This document shows positions 1-11,800 of a DNA stretch of 64,000 bases, one piece after another. This stretch comes from Antedon mediterranea (taxonomy: Eukaryota; Animalia; Echinodermata), in assembly GCF_964355755.1 (NCBI RefSeq), contig NC_092679.1:2076201-2140200 (forward strand), in the 5' to 3' direction. Position 1 is the stretch's first letter. Each line of letters opens with the position of its first letter. The position numbers and the translations under genes are program-made. The notes under the pieces are model-generated. The model was not told where the DNA came from. It did no database searches and saw nothing but the letters and a program-made list of their open reading frames with translations.

Positions 1-199
1 ATTCAGTCCATGTAAAGACAAAATATATAAAAATTCCTATAGCTGATGACTTTTTTGAGCGACCAATCATTTTGTGTTCGTTCAGTTGCATCACAGCGGC
101 GAATTTAGTTTCAACTTATGATATATTCAACAGCCTACCACACCTAAAATAAACTGGTCACAATAAGATATTTTGAAAACATTTTGAAAAGTAAATTAC

Positions 200-981
200 C
201 GTAGCTTTCTCTGTATCATATTCTGCATTGAGCCATTGCTGCCATTTGCTTTGATCAACATCAGGCAAGTTAGGATAGTCAAAGAATGCAGCATGGGCTA
301 ACACTTCTTCACGTTCGTTGTTCAACGTCACAGCAAGTACAGACTTTTCGCTGTGAAAACAAAAAAATTTATAGTTCAATCTTATGCACTTGTCAATTGT
401 ATGACCCACTATACGACCCCCGGGAGAGGTGCGTCATGGATGTGTCATTTACAAATACTTACTGACACAGGGGTGCGTCAAAAAACCTAGATGGTACGTC
501 ACATCAATGAACAAGGTGTGTCAATGTCCGTCACTTTACCACCCACCATATCATAAACAACATGGTCACAGTGCGTCAAAATGGGTGCGTCATGGTCACC
601 TAAAGGTAAGTCACCTTTTTGACGCACGGGTGCGTCATGGTATTCAAAAGTATGACGCACATCGGACAAATGACGCACCTCTCCCGGGGGTCATATAGTG
701 GGTCATACAATTGACAAGTGCATTATATAGTAGATAAGATTTTTTAATTGAGTGTTTAAGTTTATTGTTACTATGGACAACTTCTTTTGACCTCTGACTG
801 TTGACCCTTTGAAAAGGTTAGAGACTTACATTAAGTGAACAATGTTAACTCTGCCGAATAATTGTTCTGTAGACGGTGAAACAAGTTTAATAATGTTTGC
901 TGCATCAAGTGATTCTGTTCGTCGAGCATTTATTACTTCACCTGACCCATTGGCAGACTTCAAAACAGCCGACGCAGCCAT
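200..981 (-). CDS. CFAP61: Cilia- and flagella-associated protein 61, first two coding exons (830-981, 200-350); gene continues off the left edge
   Basis: Spliced translation MAASAVLKSANGSGEVINARRTESLDAANIIKLVSPSTEQLFGRVNIVHLI/EKSVLAVTLNNEREEVLAHAAFFDYPN matches the CFAP61 N-terminus (RRTES.D, LFG..NI..L.EK..LAVTL.N, F.DYPN). Junctions are GT-AG and in phase. A likely non-coding first exon ends at a donor near 1351. Confidence 0.9.
385..722. mobile_element. Non-autonomous DNA transposon (MITE), ~53-bp TIRs, TTA target duplication
   Basis: 385-437 is the reverse complement of 670-722 with one mismatch. TTA lies on both flanks. The interior has repeated GTGCGTCA/TGACGCAC. Confidence 0.85.
767..781. 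promoter_or_regulatory. Candidate RFX X-box in a CFAP61 intron
   Basis: GTTACTATGGACAAC fits the X-box palindrome, in a ciliary gene. Confidence 0.45.
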
Positions 982-1414
982 GTTGTTTTCTTTTTCCTGT
1001 TTGAAAAAAAAAACATAAATCACATCACATTATTAATTATTTAGTCAGAAGTACCTACTAGGCCCTAGACTAACTAAGCTTAGTGCCTAGGTAGCCTAGG
1101 ACCTATGCACAGTGTCCTGTGGCCTACTCTAGGGAGAAACGAAGCTAGCAAGCAGATGCTCAGCGGGTTGAACGGCACCAAACCACCTTTGTCAACCCTG
1201 ATTTCAGAACGCTGACCGGCCTAACATTCGTCGATTTGTGGTTATTAAATTGGTAAGTTAAGCTTACAAAGGTGAATTTAAATAACGCTATTATATCTGC
1301 ATACATGATTAGTATAAGTTGTATAACCTTATTTATTCAAACACACTTACCGTAAGGTGATTTTCGTCCTTTTAACAGTATTTGTAAAGTGGCTTTTAAA
1401 ATACAACCGCCATT

Positions 1415-1428
1415 GATTCTATGGCAAC
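1415..1428. promoter_or_regulatory. Candidate RFX X-box at the CFAP61 promoter
   Basis: GATTCTATGGCAAC has a strong GTTGCCAT half-site on the minus strand, just upstream of the putative non-coding first exon. Confidence 0.45.
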
Positions 1429-2103
1429 GATATACATTAAAGGTCACAGTTCATGTGTATCGTACGCATGAGTGATTACAACGACATTTCCAATGAAATT
1501 TAATATACGATGATAATTGATATAATATAATATTTAAGTTTAATAATTAATATTATTAAGTATTACCGTGGTGGCTAAAGGCATAGCTTACTGGTACAAT
1601 TAATACTAGCATAATTAAACAAAGTTTAAAAATAAATATTATCAAGAACTTTCTAATTTAATTATAATAGGCGACAATATTATGCATTTTCATTTCGCTT
1701 AAATTGCTGTCAAAAATCTTACAATAAACAAATAAAAGTCAAAACAACACTAAGTTCACTATGCACTGTTTATTCAGGTCCTATGATGCAAGAATGCAGA
1801 AAGCAAAAATGTATAACGATTTATAAAATCAGTGTATATTATTATTAGTATTACTAGTACAAATTCAAATATATTTACAACTTTATTGCTAGGCAGATAA
1901 CGTTCAAATTCAAGTATTTAATTTAACATTTAGCAACGAAGGCAATAATTCCACAAAGCAGGACTACCGATAGGGCCTATCTGTTTAATTGAATGTGAAC
2001 AAATTATTATTTTTTGTATGACTTCCACTTTTAGTAGCCAGACATATTCAAAATTACATTATTATTATTATAAAATGTTTGCCAATTGGATCACTAAAGC
2101 TAA

Positions 2104-2251
2104 AGCCCTGTTTACACTATCAAACTTTATGTGAAAAAAAATGACGTGCCCATATATGGACATGATGATGTCATATCACTACCATATTTGGTCACCACTA
2201 CAATATTCGGGCACATCACACGTACATTTTTTGTCAAACTAGTTTGATAAT
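2104..2251. mobile_element. MITE family A copy (right end truncated)
   Basis: AGCCCTGTTTACACTATCAAAC plus the core GTGCCCATATATGGACATGATGATGTCATATCACTACCATATTTGG shared with other copies. Confidence 0.75.
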
Positions 2252-2855
2252 AGGCTCAAATCTTGTTGAAAAATTTGTGATTTTAGAATTTAACAAATGT
2301 AGGCATATAACATCTTAAGCGGGTACGTCATACGTAATTAGTCTATACTTATTCACAGATTATTCAATCATTTTACACACATAATATCAAACACACACAA
2401 ATATGAAAATGTTCTCTACAGATTTGAAAATGTGGAGATGCATAATAGTATTGTTTTAATGTCAATTCCTTCAGAAAATCACCATCCGTAATAATACGGA
2501 TAAACATATTACAATCAAAAGTTCAAATTCAAAGTCGTTAAAATCTAATTTCTAAGCTAATAAAGTCTAGATATATTAAAACAGAGTCACGTAAAAGACA
2601 TTTGTACAAAATGTTTTTTTTATTATTTTAAAACACAGTTTCAATCTACCGGACCAAAATGACGTCAGGTCATCTGATCGGAGGCTTATTGATGACGTCA
2701 CGTACACGCCGTAAAAGTTTCCCGGCCAGCCGGCGAAACTTTAAACATACACATATTACTTTACCATTTTTCAGTCAAAATAACACTCTTAGTTAAGTTC
2801 GCTTCAATACATCATCAGAAAAATGTTCAAAATAGGCCTATAAACAATCGTCTGT

Positions 2856-5800
2856 TCAAAACATGAATAACGTCACATCACGAATAATGTCAGTTGCAGA
2901 ATTAATGACGTGCGTAATGACAGACATGTGATGCTTAACGGTGCGCCACCTTGCTGGGATGTCTTCAGCGTCCTCAATGCCTGCCAGGGCGTCTTTCAAT
3001 CCAGGAAATCCACCGTTATTTGACGTCTTACCATCGTCAGGGTAACCCAAGATCAGGTGCCTGTAACAAAAATAAAACGATTCGAAAGAACTTAAGCTCA
3101 GTCTACACTATCAAACTTTATGTGACAAAAAAAATGTGCCCATATACGGACATAAGGATGTCATATAACTACCATATTTGGATAGAACTACCATATTTAG
3201 GTATATCACTACCATATATGGGCACATCAAACTAGTTAGTGTAGACAGTTATTGTAATCAGCATTTGGCCCGTCAAGTTCAGTTAATATACCCGCTTAAT
3301 TTGGCTTCGTGGACCATGCAATTATTGATAACTTTTGTTGGGTAAATTTGACCGTCAAAATTAAAATGATGAGTAGACCCGGATGAACACTTACGTAATC
3401 TGTTCTCTCCCTGGTAACCCACGTGGATATGTCATAGCTCGTTCAAGTCCGAGTAGCTGATCGTTTATGATTCGTAATGGAATATCACTAATGCTGTAGA
3501 AAGATAAAATAAATAAATTTATTATCAAAAGGCCAACAATTGGTGTAAATGATGACCATGAAAGTGGTGGTGGTCTGACGTACTTACTTAAATGGCAGTT
3601 CTGTGATTTGTTCTTGAAACTCCGATGCTGCCTTGCTGAAATTAGCGACACTTTCCTGAAGATATTCTGAAAAAACGCAAAAAGTTTGTTTGTGTTTTAA
3701 AGAAGTAACTATCAATTGTCTGTCGGTCGAGTGTCTGTCGGTCGAGTGTCTGTCGGGCAAAAGTCTGTCGGTCAATTGTCTGTCGGCCAATTTTCTGTCG
3801 GAAAAATGTTTTTCGACAAAATGTCCTGCCGGCGAAATCACCTCCTGTCGGCGAAACGTCCTGTCGGCCTAATGACCTGTCGGTAAAATGTCCTGTCGGC
3901 GAAGTGGCGGATGTGAATGCAGCAAGGATGTGAATGTTGTCACGTATATTATTGTCTGCAGCTATTTGAATGCAAAATATTGAAGCAAACGTGTGTCATT
4001 TTTTTTTAAAGACAAACAGTGCATGGTAATCTTCCAAATAAGTACTCACCGATCTTCACGCCTTGTGCATAGAATTCCTCTCCATACCTAGATCTAAGAA
4101 TTGCCAAATTTTCTTCAATCTGTCGTGCGTATGTTGTGACGTCAAACGGAATAAGGCTGGAGTCGGCAATAACGCGTACTAGTTCACATAACGTTTCCGA
4201 TAACGTTTTATGAAGCGAAAACGTCGGGTCAATAAACTTACTGACGTAACTAAACGTGTCGTGTAACGTTCGTGAAACGGGAACCTCTGAAAACTATAAC
4301 AGAAATGTAATAGGTTTGTAATGCTGTGTTGATAACGTAACGTCACTATTTTTACGGTATACCATACGTAAAACGAAACGTGGTTTGACGGAAAATGTTG
4401 ATAATATTAACTTACATCATCATTAGCGTAAGCTACGTCCATTGACGGAATACCGAGTCGGTTTACAAATGTGTTGACGTCATTATCAGCACGCAGCGTC
4501 TTCATTCTATAGTTTAAAAAGTGTACTTATTGTGCGTATTCTAAACTAAATACTATTTCTAGTATATTCTGGCAAAATCATTCATAGATTATTATCTGTT
4601 TTTAGTGCGATTAAAGCATTTTACGTGGTTAAGCCAAGAAGGAATAAAAATAATCGCTTAAATTGTTCAACTTTTAAGTTAAAAGTCTCTAAAACTACGT
4701 ACTTAGGAAGTCCAGTTGAAGAATCAGAAAATCTATCATGCCACAGCTCGAACATGTTGTCATACAGACCGTCCGGATCTTTTATCTAAAAAATAATAAA
4801 TGAGAAATGTATAACAAAGAAACAAAATTGTTTTGAAAATATAAACAAGAAGAAGTTTTTTCTATCACGTTTTTCTATTACGTTTTTCAATACGTTTATC
4901 CTTTACGGTACGTTTCTATATCTTCTCGACAAAAGTATGTTACCTTATTCAATATTTCGTTCGAAGTAAACGGAAAACAAATAGAAGAAGAAGAACAAAT
5001 ATTACCTTTTCTGTAGAGTTAAATATGACGTCACGTAGTAAAGGAGAGGCTCTGACATCTAACGTAAAATTTCCTTTCACAGAATTGATATTAATGTACG
5101 TTACAGCTCGGTCATTCAAAACAGTCCGAAATTGCTAGAAAATAGAACAATAAAAAATGTAAGTTTTAAGAGAGAAAAAAAGTTGTCAGTTAGGACATCG
5201 AAAAGACAAATGAAGTGGGTTCTAAACTTTAAGATAAAATGTTAATGTATTTCATCAACGATTCCAATGTCATATTATTCTTTGTGAATATAAAACGTTT
5301 TTGTAGTCTTATATTATAGTCGATCTCCTGTTCAGCGGTGGAATGAGTTAATTCAATATTATGTATAGGCCTATCATCTCGGTATCTTTATTTAAAAAAA
5401 CCAATGACATATAAAAATACAAAGGGAAATTATATATATTTAACTACATGAATATGTAATTATATATGGGTGATATATATTGTAGGTTATTATAAAGTTC
5501 AAGGCAGTTTTGTTTTGAAGAAATTGTAAAACCAAATTAATTTTTTAACACTTATGAATGAAAGCTAAGCCAAGCCAAACTTGCTAGCACGTTGTCGCCC
5601 AAGACAGCAACAGACGTACGTGACCAACGCTGCTACTTTTGAGATAAGATATCGCTTGGCCAGTAAATATCACTGAATTATTAAACATACTTCGGTGAAT
5701 TCTGTAGATCCAATCTGTCCGTATATTTCAGCATCCCAGCTACAAAACACGATTGTTCTCCTCGGTCTCCAACCTAATCAAAATAGAAGACCACGTGACA

Positions 5801-8800
5801 AAACATTACATTTTAAACGGTCTAAATCCCACGTGGTTCGTCACTGAACTGTAAGCGCGCAAATCGGTCAACTGTGACCATGTACTAAATAAAGTCAAGT
5901 CGTACAAGCACGTACTCTGTCACACACCACTACGTACGCACATTCAATCGATGTGCCCTAACCTAAATTTGTAAAATGTGTTACACTTGTTCAAACATAT
6001 TTATTGAGAAACCGAATTCTTACAAATGTCAAGGTATTTTTTTTATGAATGACTTTTAGAATAGCAGTTTATCATATTTTAGTTACGTACTCAACGCCTA
6101 ATGTTGGAAAACACATGTTCTTGGTAACAATCAAGGCAAAAAGTTATTTTATAATTTCATTCTATTTTTTGTAGGCTTGAGAAAAACATGACCAACATTC
6201 ATCAGTCTGGAATAGAGACAGGACACACAATTGATGACAAATACTTTGTCGTCTGTGATTTTGCGCCATTATTCAATGGCTAGGCTTTGGTTTTACCTGT
6301 TTTCACCAAGTCTGCGAATGCTTGTGAGACTGTTAGAAGAGTTGCTGTACGGCTTCCGCTAGTCGACGCATCATTTAACCATGCGTCCCTATTTGCTCCA
6401 ATCACAACAAACCGATCTGAAGAAATTAAATTATTTGGGATTGAACATAAAAGTGTATTCAGGAATTGGAAAGTGTATTCAGGAATTGGAAAGTGTATTC
6501 AGAAATTGGAAAGTGTATTCAGGAATTGGAAAGTGTATCCAGGAATTGGAAAGTGTATCCAGGAATTGGAAAGTTTGCTCAAAATATTGATATCTTACTG
6601 AAGAAATCAAATGCAACAATTATTATTTGGAATTGAACAGCAAAGTATTCATGAATTGGAAGTTTGCTCAACATATTGATATCTTGTCTAATGAATGAAG
6701 TAGCCTCGGACACACTGCATAAATAATTAATAAAATATGTTTTAGCAGGGAAGAAGAATGATTCACTCTTCCCTGGTTTTTGCTAGATTAATCGATTGCA
6801 ACATATATATTACTCTCACCTGGTTCGATACTTCCTTTTATGGTAGCAACCACGTTTTGTATTGTAGCCACTTCTAACCTATTTCTCACTTCAAGTTTGG
6901 CAAATCTATTAAAACATGTCAGTAACAAGAGAGTTGTCAAAACGTGTAAAGTATATTAAATCCAGGTTACATAAAACACTTCCAATAATTATTAAGTTAT
7001 GCAATATAAGGCGATGTGCCCAAATATGGTAGTGATATGACATCATGTCCATATAAGGGCACATCACATTTTAAATTAATACATAGGATGAAAGTAATGG
7101 AGTGTTCCATTGACTACATTTGTCATGTTTCTAGGAGCAATCATTTTTTAAATAACAAATCATTATTTTAATTAGATAAAAATTTGTTTGAAATTAAGAA
7201 TGTCAGTAACAATGTAAGAATACATTATTTCTAGAAAAAAAGGGATTTAGTGGAGATTTTAAAATAAGATAACAATTATAAAGCTCTGTCTAAACTACCA
7301 AACTAGACAAAAAAAGTGTGATGTGCCCAAATATGGTAGTGATATGACATCATCATGTTTATATATAGGCACCTAACATTTTTTGTCACATAAAGTTTAA
7401 TAGTGTAGACAGAGCTTAAGACCCTTTAATGTGTGTTATGAATAAATTATAAAATCGTAACGGAGACATTTTTTTTTGTTAAATTTATAAGTAAAAGCTG
7501 AAACTAAATAAATTATAAAGAAGATGGTGATAAAGACACTGAAAATGGTGATAAAGATACTGAAAATGATGATATAAGTTGCTAAAGATGATGATGAAGA
7601 AGTTGATAAAGATTCTGAAAATGATGATAAAGAAGTTGATAAAAAGAAGATGAAAAATCATGAACATTAGTTTGAAAATGATGATGATGACGACGATAAA
7701 CACGTGCTGTGACGTCATGCAATACTTACAAACTACTTTCGGTAAACCCCAGACCAATACGGTACTTAACGCTCATCTCTCCTTTAAAGAACTTGGGAAC
7801 TTTTGGTCCACTTACTTGGCTATAAAATTAATAAAACTAAAACTGTTATGATCATTTTTTAAACTTAATGTTTAGTTGTCACTTTGACGCAACACACTGA
7901 CCAAATCAAAAGCGACAGTTTGGATGGTCCGTCGCGTCGTGATTGATCAAATCAATTGGGATGTGGTTACGTCAAAGTCTGAATCAAGATTGAACAAAAT
8001 TAGAAAAGTACATAAGTATTATATGCGAAGATGAAATTAAAAATCTGCAGAAAAATTACCTTAAAATATACTTTGCATCTTGTGCACTTATTATTGTTGA
8101 AGGAATTCTGGGTAATTCAATGTCCGTATTATTAATACGATATGCTCCGGCTGGATATAATAAAAATAAGGTAACAATTTATTCTACGTTTTTTAAAATA
8201 ATTGCGATTATATAAACCAATTTCGTTTTTTAGGCCTATAGATACAAACGTGTTCACTTTACCTATGGAGGGTAGTCCCGGTGTGGAGGGGTCGCCAGCG
8301 TAGTCGGGGGACAGCAACGTTTCTCTTGAGATAATCGATGGGTTAGGCCAGTAAGCATCTGGTGTATATTCTGTGTGTTCGGCATAATCTTGATACATGA
8401 TTAGACCGATACCTCGGTTCATTTCACTATTCTTCACCTGTGTTTAAGAAAAATGCTATTACTAAAAGGGTTTCACATCCATCTCTGATGAAGGATTGTG
8501 TAAAAGGAGGAGTTGCACATAATAAGGCTAGATGATTAAGAAATCTGAAGTGATCACCATTCTGACCTCTGACCCCTAAAATTGTCAGGTCGTCATAAAT
8601 GTATCATCTTCACTGAAACCATTTACCGTTTAATATCTAACTCAACCATATAGGTATTATCATAGGCCAAGAGAATCAACATAAAATTGATCCACCATGG
8701 TTGCTCTATGGACTCAACATTACCAACCTTATATCTGATAGACATTTTTTCTTTTTACACATTCCAGCCTTTATCTAACTCAACCATATATGTATTATAC

Positions 8801-11800
8801 AAACAAGAGAATCAACTCTATACAACTCAAACGTGATCCAATTTGGTTGCTCTATGGATTCAACATTACCAACCTTATCTCTGATAGATAATTTTTCTTT
8901 TCACACATTCTAGTCTTTATCTAACTCAACCATATATGTATTATACAAACAACAGAATCAACTCAAACGTGGTCCAATTTGGTTGCTCTATGGATTCAAC
9001 ATTACCAACCTTATCTCTGATAGATAATTTTTCTTTTTACACATTCTAGTCTTTATCTAACTCAACCATATATGTATTATACAAACAAGAGAATCAACTC
9101 AAAGTGATCCAATTTGGTTGCTCTATGTACTCAACACTACCAACCTTATCTCTGATAGATATTTTGCCTAATCTTGCTATAAACATCGTGTTCTCCTTTA
9201 TTCGATTTCCATATTTTCTCTGGATGTAATTAAAATCTTCCTCTCGTGCATAATTCACGTACATAATATTTCCCTGTTAATAAAGTATGTAAAACGAAAC
9301 CTGTAATTGTTGGAAATTAAACGTTCAGTTCAAATCAGTGAAGTGAATAATAGGTAGGCCTATCCGGTAATGTATTCTATCAATGTTTACTGTTTTCGAT
9401 TTAAATTTACAAAATTCCAATAATAATTGCATTAATTAATTTATTATCCAGATGTCTGTTGCAATAATTATTTAAAAAAACTAAATACATGAACAAAAGT
9501 GAAATATAAAATCTTAACCAAATCTTACGTTACGTACGGTTTACGTTACGTGTGATATTTTACAGTACTTTAGTTTTTATATCATTATAAATTACATTGG
9601 TTTTTCTATGTATCAATCAAAATAATGGACTATACATATCGGAATAGTTGATAAGACAATCTATAAAACCTATGTTCATCCTGGTAAAAACACTGTAAAA
9701 TCAGGTAACAATTTCGTGGATTATGTACAGAGTAGTAAAAGCTAAGCAAATAAAAATTATGTCCTTATATGGCATAAATGTGATTACACTTTAATAAAAT
9801 GGCGGATATTCATGGTTGGATGACATTTCAAACGGAAAAGTTGTATAATTTTAAACACATTATATAAATTGTATGAAAATTATAAATACATTACTAGGAA
9901 ACTCGTGTTTGAAAACCCATTTGATTTTATTAAAGGCAGAGGTTGAATACGATCATCATAAATTATGGCGTAGGATATTAATGTATGTGAGTGATAATGG
10001 ACTGATTTTATTTTATGGATTGTTCTTTCTGCCTCAATCTGAAAGAGATTACCACCAGGAGAAAGTTAATTATTGTTGGTGGATTAATGTTTTCGATTTG
10101 TCTTCATTTATGATGAGAATGGAAAACTAAATACCAAAACTCCAATTATACATTTTGAAGTGAATCCAGATTTGGATAATAAAGTTCGTTGAATCGATTT
10201 GAATTTTGAATTTCGAGATATTATAAATGCAAACAATTTACGACAAAATTAAATATATTTTTAAATTTAACAAATCAAAATTGTCCACAAACTAAAAACA
10301 TTTTCTCAAAACGTATTCATACCGTATTCTTAAGCTCTGTCTACACTATCAAACCTTATGTGATGTTCCCATATATGGACACGATAACATCATCACTACC
10401 ATTATTATTTGAGAAAATCCTTCATATTTTGTCAAACTAGTTTGATAGTGTAGACAGTGCTTTAGATTTTACAATGGTAATATTTCGTTCCCAGAATGCG
10501 ATCGCATCGAAAGCTCTGTCCACACTATACTGTATCAAACTAGTGATGTGCCCAAATAATATAATTCATTTATTTTGACTATTAGACTTATAGTAATCCT
10601 GTATTATTATAATTATTATTGGTATTTTCTTCTGTATTCTTACTTGTTGTGTATTTCATTGGAATTAAATAGGGCCTCTGAATATAAACTAAAGCTAGTT
10701 TGTCAAAAAAAGTGTGATGTAATCAAATATGGTAGCGATATCCTTAAATATGGTAGTGATATGACATCATCATGTCCATATATGGGCATATCACATTTTT
10801 GTCACATAAAGTTTGATAGTGTAGACAGAGGTTAAACCAGAGTAAACCAGATCTAACCTGTTTGACACCAGATACTGAGTATGCGTTAAAAGGAGGTGTA
10901 CCGCTGTTAATTGCAAGACCTGTTAAGCCGGACGGCATTGATTCTCCGCTCGACTTCCATACTTCATCATTCCCATACCAAAGGGATACCTATAATTTAT
11001 ACAAATATATATATATTAATAATTATGAAAACGGCAAACATAAGTATACATAGTAAATTGTCCCGATTCCGGTTCCCCTGTTGTCTATTTTTCTTTTTCA
11101 GTTTATGGGCTGCCTCTCAAAAGCTTTCATTTGTTGGATCTTGACTCTCTTGGTTAATCAAATTATCGTTTGTACTCTATTGTTATGAGAAATACATGTT
11201 ACTTTTGATTGATAAATTAGTGACGACGACATATTTAAACAAAATCATGACATAGCTTAACATAACCAATTTGCTCTTTGGGTAAACTATAATGCGGAAA
11301 GAACACGTGACATTCTTGACTGACCCAATCTCATTAAATTTCGGAAGAAAGCAAGAAAATAAAAGAGAAAATGAAAGCAGATTAGAAGGATTAGGAGAGG
11401 ATGTTTGGTGACTTTGTAATATTGAGAATATACTTATAGTATAAACTGATCGCGACCCCTGGGGATATTCAGATAAGGGTATAGTTTGTATATTCCTGTA
11501 TGGTACACTACACTTCAACCTGAACTCCATTTGATTATTATCATGTACAAATTTAGAAATCCTCTGCTTTTCTGAATTATACCTTTTAATTTAAAACATA
11601 TTTTTCGCTTTTATAAACACCTGATTTTTGTTTGTTTTTTTTTTCTCTCGAAGATTTTTTTTTATTTCTTTTTTAAACTCGTTCAATACTTTAAGGAATC
11701 CTAATTTCTGGAAAAATATCAGAAGCCTGGGTGCTTAGACTTGGTTCCCAATAGGATGCAACGCAAGAATCTAAGTGCGTGCAACGCAAGCGAGTTGAAT

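Noticed and set aside
1700-2855. Iron-responsive elements in the 3' UTR of the TfR-like gene
   Set aside because: The only minus-strand CAGTGH I found (~1763-1768) lacks a paired stem and C bulge, so no IRE is supported.
8563-8575. DR1 nuclear-receptor elements (also 39138-39150)
   Set aside because: Good matches, but there is no conservation or functional evidence and chance occurrence cannot be excluded.
9860-11700. Coding-like fragments in introns 2-3 of the pseudopeptidase
   Set aside because: Probably decayed retroelement sequence, but no diagnostic motif could be recognised.
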